Under the pieces are notes generated by a model. The model was not told the origin of the DNA and made no database searches. It worked only from the letters and a program-made list of their open reading frames with translations. Shown here in pieces: positions 1-12,523 of a stretch of 64,000 nt of DNA. This DNA comes from Geosiphon pyriformis uo1 (lineage: Eukaryota > Fungi > Glomeromycota), in NCBI GenBank assembly GCA_016748015.1, contig JAAOMT010000553.1, positions 87,828-151,827 of the forward strand, in the 5' to 3' direction. Position 1 is the stretch's first letter. Each line of letters starts with the position of its first letter. The position numbers were made by a program, and so were the translations under genes.

Positions 1-3000
1 TTCCTAGATGTTAATTGAACTATTGTTGTTGCTAGAATTTCCAGTGCTATTTTGAGATCAATGCAAGTATGTGAATGTGATTCCAATTTAATGGTATTTT
101 TTCTGGGATATCTCAGATTAAACTCTGCATTGGTATCATGCACATGTTCTGACATAATATCTTTATTATTATTACTAAACCATTTAAGTTTCTGTTTTTT
201 GATGAGGTCAGAAAGCACAATATATTGTTCTGGGTTTGAATCTGAATTCGAATTGTTGTCATTGCTATTGCCAATTTTAACAGAGCTGGAACTGTTATTA
301 TTGTCATCATTGTTGTCAAAGTTTGAATCGGGATTGAATCATAATTCTAATTCTAATATGCAGCTGCTAATTGGTTTATCTTCCTCTGGAATTATGTAGA
401 TTATGTGGGGTGGTAGATTGTAGATGAGATCACACTTATTACAATATTAGAAGTCACATAAAATCAAACAGTGATTACATAATCAGATGTTTATTTCTTC
501 TAAACACTGTTTCTGCTTTTCTTTTGTTGGTGCCAAATTTTGGTAATGCTTGTTAAATTCCTCTGAGCCTGTCTCAATGTCTAAAAATGCATTTGGATTG
601 GGAATAAAGATAATGTCAACTAGTTCTGGAGAGTTGTTTTTTATCTCCAGAATCTCACTGGGCAAAGCATCTTTTACTTTGGCACTGGCCATTTGCCAGA
701 TCTTGTCTTCATTATGTGGATGACTGTCCAAGCAAGAGATTACTTGGTGCCAGATGGCAGTAATAAGTGTGCCATGACTGACCCAGTTGCTTATAAGAAT
801 TATGTATTGGCACAAAGCATCACATATTCCTCCTCATCCAGGAATGTTGTTCTACATTTTTTTGTTCAATAGTTGTTTGCCACAAGCAAGACATGGTTTG
901 TTGTCCTACTTGCCTTGTTTTTTAGGATAACCATAGCATTTGCAGTGGCATGATTTGCAGTAGTAATGGGTTTGTATTCAGTAATCTTCATCTGACATGA
1001 CCCAAGCTCTTATGAAAGACAGTTTCTTCTTGTAGTCTTTGCACTTAAGGGGAATATGAGGTGGTTCTGGCCTGGTATCTGTGGAGTATGAACTTCCCTA
1101 ACTGCTAGTTTCCATGGTGTCATTGGTTTTTTTAGGTATGTTTTCTTCTTTTTTTTTCCCTTTTTCTTTGTCTTTTTTTTCTCAGTTTAGAATTGGTGAT
1201 AGCTTGTTGTGGTTATTATTGGCCCAGAAAATTTGATAGGCTTTTCAGGTAGATTTTCCTTTTTCATTATCAAACTTGATAAGAGGTGTTGATGGTGTAG
1301 TGATAGGTTTGAAGTGGCCGCATGTGGCTAGTACACATGTGTGTCAACTGTTCTGGCTAAGTTGAAGCTCCTGCATGTTTCAATCAAGTGTCACATTGGT
1401 TTTGGACAACCAGTTATTGCCAACAAGTGCTTAGTATTAAGTGGTTTCTATGACTAATACCTTAATTGGTATGATGATGCCATTGACTTTTATGAGGAGA
1501 TCATCAATTTTGCCAATTGGAGTTTTGGTCACTCTATTGGTTGTTATGATTTTGACGCTGACAGTACAATCAACTTGACAACCTAATTGGTCCATGAGTT
1601 GTCATATAATAATGCTGTCTGCTAATTTACTATCTAATATGAGTTTGATGGAATGGTCATCAATTTTAACATTAGTGTATATGATAGTAATTGGTTTTTT
1701 TTCAAGTGTGACTTTACTGAACAAAGGTGTAAATAACAGTTCCTCAAGTTTAAATAGAAAAATTGCTACTAGTAATTCATCATTAGTGACTGTGGCTAGA
1801 GGTATGTTGCTTATGAGTGGTTGTGTTTGGTTGGTTTCTATGTTATTGGATAAGGCATCTTCTGGGATAACCAGAAAACTTAAATAGTGTTGGAAATTCA
1901 GTTTTTGAGTGAACTTGGTTCTCAAACTCTGCTGCTGTAATCCTGATGGTTAGTTGGAAGAACTGGAGATTAATTAGTGGATAACCATCACCAATCTCCA
2001 GTTTTGGGCAACCCTTGATCTGGGATTTTCTGATGTTATCTGAGCTGAGTTTGGTGGCAGTATTGAGATTGCTGGTGCCTGATAGATTATTTGTGGCTGC
2101 AGTGGTTGATAGATTATGGATGTTGCCAGTTGATATATTGGAGGTGAGTATAATTGCTGTATCATTGATGCTTGATACATTGGTTAAGTCATTTAAGCAT
2201 AATGTGGTTAATATTGGTAAGATTCTTGTGATTGATTACTGACATAATTCTGAGTTTGGATTCAGTAATCAGAGTTTTGATACTAATGGCCTGATTGTTG
2301 TTCACTTAATCATTTATGGCATTCAAATTGTAAATGTCTTTGTTTACCACAATAGTAGTATGCACATGTTTCCTGCTGTCACTGTTGATTGGTTGAGGAT
2401 AATGCAGTGTTACCAGAGGTTTTTGGTCTCTTTTCTTGAATGTTGTTAATGTTAATTTGCTGTGAATTCATGTTTTCAGAAAGTAGTTGGATCTCCAGTA
2501 ATTGAATTTATCTTCAAATTATCTTCTATAATTTGAACTGCTGGACTTATAAGTGGAATGACCAATTCCTTGCCAGTTATTTTATGTAGTTATGTTGTAA
2601 TAAATGTTAACTCTTTCCCAGGAATTGCTCATCTAAAAGCCCACTAAAAATGTGTAGTTATTTTGCTATAAAAGTCAACTCTTTTTCAAAAATCTTGTCT
2701 GTAAAATACCCTAATGATTATGATAATAAAAGAACAGAAAAATAAAAGAAATGTAAAAGAAATAAAATTCTGTTAAGAGAAACATTTTCTATTCAGGCCT
2801 AGAGTTACTAACAGTTTATTGAAATTGGTAGCTAATCAATTTCAAAATGTTAGTTGTGTTGAAGGAATTTCAAGTGTAATAATTTTAAGGATTTGTTTTT
2901 CAAATACTTTTAATTTTTATTTGAATGTATAAAAGGTGATTTGTTTCAATTAAGATATCTAAAGTAGAATGCTATGGTAAAATACTATAAGAAAATACAT

Positions 3001-4860
3001 TTTTTTAAAGAGAGAAGCTTTTTTTTTATACAACTTGCTGTAGTACTAGTCTTTGAACTTGCACTTTTCTTTTTGCTACAATTTGGGTAAACTAAAGATA
3101 CATTTCAGCAAACTACAAGTTATTTCATTAAACTATTGATTATTTCGGCCAATTTTTATTAATTTTAGCAAATTTTGACTATGTTAAATAGTTCAGGATA
3201 TTGTGTAATTTGATTATCTTAATTTTTATGATACAAATTAAATTATTGATTGAGTAATGATATTTAATAATTTGATTAAATAATAAGTAATATTCAAGAT
3301 AATAATAATATATGTTAATTAATAATAGGAATTATGAGAGTAATTTTATGCTAATTAATAGCTAAAATTCTATTAGTAACAGCAAAATGCGACTAATTTT
3401 GAAAGCAATTTCTGTTTTTCTGATTGTTGCATTATTATAAAGGTTGATAAATGGCTTGATTGTTGTTAGCTAAATATCTCTCTAATTTCTGATTAATTGA
3501 GTCACTAAATTGCTTCAACTTGGAATCCAAGTTAGATGATTTGTTCATTACTAGGTTTATGGCTTGGGTGTAATTGGCTTTGAGTTCAGCTCCTTCAAAA
3601 TCTCTGGCATTTGTAATGGTAGCTTGAAGGTCTACTGAATGCAATGAATGTATGCATTCAAAAATGCTACTGCACAGGCCTCTAATGAATTGGTTTAGAA
3701 TTTGTGACACTGTGAAATAATCAGCCTGTATTGTCTGAATTTGGCATAGATTTCTATAGAAGCATCTCAAGTAAGTAGTGATTGCTTCAGTTTCTCCTTG
3801 TTTAATAGTGGTAAATGTATTAGCCAAGTGATTAATACTGTTGTTATTGCTAAAATATTTTAGAAATTCTAGCTTGAATGTATCGAAAGTTTGGGGTTTC
3901 TGGACCAAATTCTGATATCAAGAGTTAACAGTATCTTAAAGAAAATATGAAATGACTTGAAAGGCTTTTGTGTTATTCTATCTATTAGCTATAATGGCTT
4001 TTTCAATATCATTAAGTCATATTTGAGCATTATTCTCTTTACCCATGCACTTTTTGAGTTTTGCTATTGGGGTGTAGACTATTGTATCCAAGTTTGGTTA
4101 TTGTTGTTGTGGTTGAAGTGGTAACTGAATTTAAGATTGTGACAGTGGTTGTTGTTGTGTGGCAACTAGTAGTGGGTTGATGACAATTACTGGAAGTAAG
4201 TGTTGTTGATTATTAATGTTGGAGTTTGAATCATTCTAATTTTGCTGATTATTGGGATTGAGATTGTTCTGATTTTCCTGAGTTTGAATATTCAGAGTTT
4301 TAATTTCCAGGTTTTCTACAATCAGATTCTGGTAATTAAATTCTTAATTGTCATCTTCTTTTTCTTCTGATTTGGTTATCTTCTAAAGACTTGCAGTTCC
4401 AAAATCTGGTTGAGGTGGTGGTAATCAAAATTCTGATAGTATTGAAAATTATGATTTGAATCCTTCAAAGTAATCACTGTAGGTTTTCAATAATTCTGCT
4501 TTCTTTTATTTACTTTGAAATGAGAGTTGTCCAAATGTTGATGTTGTGTTTGATGTGGACATGTCTGCTAATATAATATTGATAGTACTTTTGGGTGTGT
4601 GATAATATAATAGATATAGTAGAGATTCAATTTTTTGTTTCTTTTATATTAGTAATTGTATTTTTTTTGAAGTTATTGCTGATGTTTGTAGCTTTCCTTT
4701 ACTCTTATCTGCATAGATAATGGGAAATTGTTGCTGAGTGTATCTTTTAATTTCTTGATTAATTTCTCTAATAATTGGTGCAAATTTTGGGCTTATAAAA
4801 AGATATATTGTATATAATAGTCTGAATCAAAAAGAAGTTTTTTTGCCACTACTATAGAAA
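1..4860 (-). mobile_element. Degenerate Ty3/Gypsy internal region (gag, protease, Cys-rich region, start of dUTPase), interrupted by a solo LTR and running off the window start
   Basis: Gag fragments (FKLEFLKYFSNNNS...QILNQFIRGL, 3435-3908), protease (IKLILDSKLADSII, 1602-1925), CKDC/CKSC motifs at ~950-1050 and a dUTPase start (AEFNLRYPEK) at ~50-150. Colinear with the better-preserved element at 41498-51304; many stops. Confidence 0.85.
2408..3381 (-). mobile_element. Solo LTR, family A
   Basis: TGTTAC...GTAACA termini, homologous to the LTRs at 41498 and 50333; 4-bp TSD gcag/gcaa; inserted in Gypsy gag. Confidence 0.9.
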
Positions 4861-4869
4861 ATTTTCTAC

Positions 4870-7420
4870 AATTTTTTGTTTTATAAGAATAAAAAGCATA
4901 ACTATTTATATGACTATAAATTAGATTCAAAGTTTTTTACAAAAACTAACAAACAGAATTCTAAGAGTAATATGACTTTTTTTCTGGCAATTAGAGTTTT
5001 TATGAATAATACAATCTAGTTTAAGAATAACATAACAGTTATTCAACATATTTTAAACATTATTAGTGAATTTTTTCAGATCAATAACATTTTAATTAAC
5101 TTAAAAAAAACAGTTGCTATATCTATTAGTCAAAAAACAAAAACTTTATGTTTATTAATAGGTAGATTAAATATTTTAATAACTAAAAAATATGTGTTTT
5201 ATAGATACTTAAGCATTTTTTTGTTTACAGATGGTTTTTTTAAGTCAAATCTGGTCAAAACTTATTTAGACATCAAGTTTTTTATGAATTTAGTTTTGAG
5301 AAAAACTGTTTTTAATAAACAATTTTTGTACTTAATGTTTGTTATTCTATAGTTTATAATTAGTTACAGATTGTAATTTAGTTATATGTCAATAAGTATA
5401 TATAAAAAATATAACAAAATATTAAGAAAAGAGTTAAAACTCAAGACCAATTTACTTAAAGACTTTTTTAATAAAGCCATTTTCTATTTTAAATTATATG
5501 GTTTTAAAACATTTAAACAAATACAGACCAAAAATTTGCTGACTAATTTGGTGGTTTTTGTCAATTCAGAAAAAATTTTTGGCAAATTATTTGAATACAA
5601 AGCTATAAATCTGCAAAATATTAGTTAGATGTTTTAATACTTTTTTAGTTTTTGATTAAATTGTTGATTAATTTCATAAATTGTTTTTTAACAAATATAA
5701 CCAACACTTTGGTATTATATAAATTGTTTTTGAATAATAATCTACTTAATGTTTTTTAAACTAATAGTAGTGTTATTGTTACAAATATCTTGAATTTAAA
5801 ATATTATTTGAATATAGTAAGTTTATTAAAAAGATTTGATATCATTTTTGTAAACCAACTTTTGGATTGTTAAGATACATGCTTTACATAACATATATTT
5901 TACAAATAGAAAAGACTAAATTTTAAGGATTCAGTTTTTGGTTAGTTTATTTTACTTGTTAATTTTATTAAGATTGATAGTATAGTCAACAATAGTTTTT
6001 TGGTTTTTTATCTTATTTTTAGTGATTACTTGTATAACTTTGGTTTTATTAATAAGTATTTTATAAAAAATAAGTTTAACAATATAGTTGTTTATACAAA
6101 TAAATTGGTAAAAAATTTGGAATCTATAAGTACTTATAATAATACTACTGTCTATTTTTTAAACATTAATGTGAATATAAAAATTAAGATATATGGCTTG
6201 CTCTTTTCAATTTTAGTAAAACTGCAAACTATTGTTCTTGTTTTAGAATATGTTTTTGTGTTTAGCTCAATTATATTGTTTATAAATAACCAAATAATAT
6301 TAAATATATATAAGTTAATTAAAAAAAATATCAGTCTTAATTTTTGTAATAAATACTGAATAAAAAAAGAATATATTTATTAGACTATTATGTCTAGACA
6401 TTTGTTAATTGATTAAAACAAAATCAAAAATTATTCCAAAGTTGTTGGCAATAAGCATACAGATTTTTTTGCCAATACTATTACTATGTCTAATTTTATG
6501 TTATCTGTTAAGATACTATATTACTTTTTTGTTATTAAAAACAGATCTGTTTCTGAAAATATTTATTATTTTATTAGATATTTGTTTAAGACTATTAATT
6601 TTGTTAATTGAAAATTCAAATATACTAATAATGCTGTAAATAAAACTTTTTACAACTTTTTTAATATATATAAAATCTTTAAAATATAGCATTCTAATAA
6701 TTGAGTTTATCCTGGCTTTATCAGTTTTATATTTACAGTATTTTGGTTTTATTTTATAAAGGCACTGTATTATCACTTATTTATAATTAAAAAAAGAGAT
6801 TATATAACTTAAATTATCTTAGTGTATTGTGTATTTAATGTAGATTAATTAAAAACTTTAATTATATATTTTTATATATTTACAATAATTGTGCCAGAAA
6901 AAAACTAATTTTGAATACTATTTGAAAATAAACTGTTTTGCTAGATGTTAGTATTATTAATTATAAAATGATCTAAACTTTATATAAGACTGAGTCTTCT
7001 AATTATTTATATATATTATTGACTAAAAGTTTATAATAAAAAAATAAATGGCTAATATAATACATTTGTTGAGTATTGAATTTAATAGTAGTTTATTGGT
7101 TATTAATTTGGTCTAGAGTTTTGCTGAAAATTACAGATTTGTCATATAGTTACTGACTACTAAACTGAAAGTATATTATAAAAAATATAATTTTCTGTTA
7201 TGTAATAGATCTGTAATTCCGACCATTTCTGACTTGTTATTTTTGTAATTTCTTAAAATAATTCATGATTTTGGCATTAAATTGGATATGTATATTTGCT
7301 TTGGATTGTATTTTTGTTTGATCAATATATATTTGGGTTTTTTGTATAACTTTTCTGTAATAGATAATTTAAGTATATAATACTGTCTTGATTGACTTAA
7401 GTGACTAGTTATATGTAAAA
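4870..7420 (+). mobile_element. Highly degenerate LINE 3' portion (RT C-terminus, RNase H, Cys domain, 3' UTR)
   Basis: Residual peptides (IVVYTNKLVKNL; LVKLQTIVLVLEYV; FKTFKQIQTK) colinear with ORF2 of the LINE at 12524-17236. Boundaries approximate. Confidence 0.75.
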
Positions 7421-8338
7421 AAACATAAATCATACTTAATATAAAATCTTATATGATTATATATTTTTAAGTAATAGTTAAACTGTATTTATAAAATAAT
7501 AATAATTAAAAAATCAAAAAATTAACAATTAAAAACTAATTACTACTTAAATTTTCAAATATTAATAATAATTAATTAGCAAAATTAAAAATTATTCTAA
7601 TTTAAAAACTTTAATTTATTTTTATAATTGAATAAAAAAACGTATTATTAAAAAATATTCTAATTTAATAACTAAATACTTTTTTAATATTAATAATTAT
7701 ATTTTGTTTAAGAAAATTAATCTCTTAAAAAAGAATTTATTAAGCTAAAAAAACCTCAAAAACAAAGCCTTTCTACTTTTACAAAACAAAAATAATTACA
7801 GTTCTGTCTTAAAATCAATGAATAAAATATTAAAAATTAAACTAAAACTTTTAAATTTTAATATTAAATGACAAATTATCAAGTTATAAAATCAAGTCTG
7901 TAAAAAGATATCATAAAATTTAACGAAAAAATAAAGCAAAAAATGTATAATGGTCATAAACAACAATTTTTTGGAATTAATTATTAAAGCCAAAAAAGCT
8001 TTTGAAAGCAAAAACTTGGCAGAATTAGTAAAAGTTTTAAAAAAAATAGAAATATTACAACATTAGTGTTTATGCTAATAATCAAATAACAATTAATAAC
8101 ATAATCAGCAATTAGGAAATAATAAGAATAAGCCATTAAATTATCCTCTTATTTTTGTATTTTTAGCAAGTGTTAAGTTTATTGTTAGTAAGAAAACTGG
8201 CTTTTAGAAAGAAAAACCAAAATTTAACTGCTTCTCTTAATGTTATGACCCAGTGACGTCACAAATCCACTTTGTCTGTTTTGTTGCAAATAACAATTTT
8301 GAATTTTTAGTACAACTTTTTGATGAATAATAATCAAG

Positions 8339-8399
8339 ACGCGAATGGCATGAGACTATTGATCTTTCTTATTGGTCAATTTAAGTGACTCCAACGCGT
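8339..8399 (+). promoter_or_regulatory. MCB-like elements (ACGCGA 8339, ACGCGT 8394) upstream of NSE2
   Basis: ACGCG motifs 50-110 bp before the ATG in an otherwise CpG-poor region; function inferred from fungal MBF/G1-S regulation. Confidence 0.35.
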
Positions 8400-8447
8400 G
8401 TAAATTATTGAGATCATGGTTTCATATCTCGAAAAGAATTTTCTACT

Positions 8448-9667
8448 ATGTCCGGAACGCCAAGCGGAAGCTCTTCTGCAATAATAACAGTACAAACTCC
8501 TTCAAGTATTAAATTGCTACATGATCCCAATAAATTCAATACCTTAATACCGGATTTTGCTGTAGCTTTGAGCTTTATTCAGCGGGGCATCACCTTTGCT
8601 ACTGATGCCGCGGTTGACATGGAAGAGGCTGAAGAAAAGGTTTTCCTTCTATCTCTTCTCAAAACAGCAACATGTTTGAACCCCACCCCCCCCCCAATTG
8701 CAGCACAGTCCCTACCCCTCTAACTTAAGTTTTTCATAGACAGATTCACTAGAAGCGGCTACTCAATACTTAATTGACCTTGAAAATCAGCTCAAAGTTC
8801 AAAAAAATGTTTTGGAAAGTATGCGATCACGGTTAGCCAGGAGAGAGCCTATTGTAAGTATAATTTACATTGTAATTTTAAAGCAAAAAGTAATAACTTT
8901 GTTTTATTTTTATTCAGCCCAATCTTTTGGATTGTTACGAGAAGGAGACAGCCCAAAAAATTCAAGAATCACAGACAATCCCATTTCGATATGAACAACA
9001 TCCTGGCTATAACGAATTCAGACAAAAAATATGGGTAATTAATGTTTGATTATTTTTCTATGCATTGAATCTTTTTATTAATTTCATTTTATTTTGAAGG
9101 AAGTAAAAAATCCTGGCGCACCTATGCCACAAACTAGCAATCTAGACGATGATGAGATTGTAGTATCCACCGCTAAACAATCCTTGCTATGTCCCATCAC
9201 TACGATGCTTTTTGAAGATCCTGTAACTAGGTTTGAAAATGAGGTTTATTATTTAAACCTTTTGTGTTCCTTTTTTCTAAACCTAATTTTTAAATTTCAT
9301 TTTCAGCTTAAAATGTCGCCACAGCTTTTCAAAAAATGCTATTCTCGCCCACCTGAGCAGTGCTGGAGGGCAAGCGAGATGTCCTGAACCAGGTATGTAA
9401 CCTTATATATGATCTCTACGCACAATTGTTCAAGCTCATACTCTCGACTTAGTTAGCACTATACTTTTTTGTATTCTTAGGTTGTGACAAGCTTATCACC
9501 GAAAGTGATCTGAAGCTTGATAAATCTTTGGCACGTAAAGTCGCTATGTACAGAGCACAACCGGAGAGTGATGAGGATGAGGTAATTCAATGTTCCAATA
9601 ACTTCACCAATTTCCGCCTCAATTATTTTATTAACTCAAATTTTCATAGTACACAAATGTGGATTAA
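8448..9667 (+). CDS. NSE2: SP-RING SUMO E3 ligase Nse2/Mms21 (Smc5/6 subunit), 7 exons, ~252 aa
   Basis: Exons 8448-8639, 8740-8853, 8918-9034, 9100-9230, 9307-9392, 9481-9581, 9650-9667, all GT-AG and in frame. DDDEIVV...SLLCPIT...EDPV.S.KCRHSFSK.AI...CPEPGC is the zf-Nse SP-RING signature. Confidence 0.9.
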
Positions 9668-9853
9668 GATCTGACTTGATCTGATAAGACCAATATTTTT
9701 GTTAAAGGATTTAAGACGGAGACGATTGTGGTGTGTATAATTACTTGTGATTTGTATAATATTTCCAAATAAATTAAAAGGCAAAAAGCTTTGGCTTTCA
9801 TTAATTCAAACCACGCAATATACAAAAAATCGGAATTCATTCTTTTGGATGCC

Positions 9854-12084
9854 TTATGAACCGGAATATAGCTGTCTGCATTCCTCATCTGTATATCCTA
9901 AGAGGTATAAAACATACTTAAGGCTGGGCTGATTTATTCGTGTTCGCGCCTTATTATATCGATCAAAGTTTCTTAGTAAATAAGTATTTGAACCTCATTA
10001 CCAAGGAATGTGGATTTGTTACCTTTTCTTGAACGCGTGGCTTCGCGTTGAACGCGATCCCCAAACCTGCCTTTGCGAGCATATATAAATCGTTTGCCCC
10101 ATCTCCTATAGCGATTACTTGATCAAGCGTTACGCTTTCAGCTTGTGCAATTACCTCCAAAAGTTCCGCCTTGCGTTCTCCATCTACTATTGGCCCTACA
10201 GTTTCACCCATGAGGGTGAGGCCGTCCGAAGATACTTTCAACTAAGCATCCATTCTTTAATTCTATCATTTTATGAAAAACGTGAAAATAAATAATTTTT
10301 AAAAATTTTCTCACTTGATTGGCGAACGCGTAATCCAATCCGAGCTCATGCTTAACAAATTGAGCAAGTGGAGTAAAACCACCTAATAGAAATAGATGAG
10401 TTATTGAGAAGCTTGCCAGTCTTCCAAAAACCTTAAATATACTCGCCAGAGATAACTGCTAACTTGAAACCAATCTTTTTCAATGCCCGGCATAAAAAGT
10501 GTGCCCCTTCGGTAAAATTAAGATTTTCTTTGACAGTCGATAAAACATTTACCGGTGTTCCCTTCAAAAGAGCCACGCGACGTTTCAAGGATTCCTTAAA
10601 GTCAATTTCCCCATTCATAGCGGATTCTGTAATTTTCTGGATATAGAGCAGGAGATCAATCATTTGAAAGCGACAAATACTTCACGGAATTATGTTGAAG
10701 AGAAACGTACCGCAACTTCATCAACAACTCCGGCCATCCTAGCAATTTCATCGATCACCTCCTGTTGAATTAAGGTAGAGTCCATATCAAAGACTACCAA
10801 TCTTTTATGCCTTCTAAATACATCATAAGGCTGAAGGGCAACATCCGTTCCGTGACTGGTGCTAAATTGAAATAATTGATGCCGCAATTTTTCAATGTTT
10901 GTTCCTAAAGGAACGGAAAGCTTATAATCAGCGCAAGAGACTTTGCCCTCATTCAATCTCTGCATTTTCTCTACAGATATTTTTGCATCAAGCAAGATTT
11001 TTGTCCATTCGTCAAGAAATTTGGCTGTGAGCCCGTTCTGATTAAGTACTGTGGCTGCATATTTAGTACGATTTTGATAAGGAGCATCCTCAATTGATTG
11101 CGCAATTTGTGTTTCAACGTCATGTAAATCAAAGGCGAGAGTACCATCCCACTTACGGGCCGCCTCGGCGAGGTCACGAAATAACTCAACACTATCAAAT
11201 TTTAAGTTGATAAGAACTCCAAAAGTGACATTGTGATAAAGACGCGACAACATAAAATCCTCAATATCACAATCATGTGCCGCTACGCATTCCAAAACAC
11301 AACCGATAATGTCAGTTCCATGCCGCCCTGTTAAAGAGACCAATATTTTTTGATTTGGAAGCAAAGTCGTAGGCGGAAATAAATTTTGATTATGAGATGG
11401 GGGAAAGTCTAATCGTAAGAATGGCCTTTCGATTTTGTTCAGGGGACGTTCACCGGAGTTGCACTGAACGTTTCCAATCAAATGATCCACTAAACTTTTT
11501 TTTAAAGATGAAAGCTCCTCAGATTTGACGAAGGAAAGAGAAGAAGCACGATACAAATATGGAGCACTAATATTAAGTCCCGAATGTTTATCATGCTTTT
11601 TCAATATTTTTGTTAACCCAGTATAGTTCAGAAAAATGAATTTTTCTAATTTAATGATAGATTGAAGCAAATCGGAAACCTCATTTTCTTCAGTTTGTAT
11701 GGTATTTATAGATCTTTGATAGGTACAGATGAGCTCAGCTGAGTATTCTGTAAAAAAATCGGATACCTTTTGAACTTCAAAGTCTAACAGCTCCAAAAAT
11801 TCAGTGACTTTCACTTGAAGTAAAGCTAAGCGTGATAGAACTAGTTGAGGGAAACTAGGTTGATCAGCAGCCGGTTTCCAAGAGAGCAAAGGTGCGCTAT
11901 CGGAAATTTTAGCAATTCTTCGTTCATCGTCGGTCATGCGAGACGAAAATTTGGTTAAATTCAAAGGCCCGGAAGAAATGTGGTGTTTAATATAGAGTTT
12001 CAGAGTTTTATAATCAATGCACTGTTCCTGCCATGTTGTGGGTAGAAGTGCCTTCCTTTCTTCGAGATATTTACCGAACTTCAT
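9854..12084 (-). CDS. SPX-domain / ACT-ACT / HAD phosphoserine phosphatase (SerB-type) fusion, 5 exons, ~648 aa
   Basis: Exons 12084-10711, 10636-10447, 10382-10315, 10241-10023, 9949-9854. SPX motifs MKFGKYL, IDYKTLK, NYTGLTKILKKHDK; two ACT-like domains; HAD motifs FDMDSTLI, VISGGF, RKAELL, GDGANDL. Confidence 0.92.
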
Positions 12085-12276
12085 TGCGGTACAAGAAACA
12101 GGATTAATAAATTTTGATGCCAAAAATTTCGAACAAATAAAAACGCGTCGATTATCTGGTGAATGTGGATAGCGAATTTCATTGGTAGGATATTTATTTT
12201 TCAATTTTTAGCTTTTTACAAATGTTGAATTGAATCTTATATATTACTGTGTAGCACAATATTTAAAAACTTAACA

Positions 12277-12277
<1 letters not shown>

Positions 12278-12308
<31 letters not shown>
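12278..12308. repeat. (TTA)n microsatellite
   Basis: About ten tandem TTA/ATT units. Confidence 0.9.
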
Positions 12309-12523
12309 GATAATTTATGTTTTTATAACTTAAATAGAAAAAAAACAAAATAAATAAGAAAAAAAGCAAAAATAAAAAATAAAAAAAACTAAAATCAAAT
12401 ACCAAAACATTTTTATTTAAATTAATACAAATTAAATTAAGTTAAATATAAATATAATTAATTAATTAATTTAATTAATTTAATTTAGTTTAACTTGATT
12501 TTATTTTTATTTTTTTTATTTTA

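Noticed and set aside
10690-12204. 504-aa ORF start at 12204 and its C-terminal VRFSST
   Set aside because: The SPX consensus start MKFGK is at 12084, and the ORF end is read-through into intron 1.
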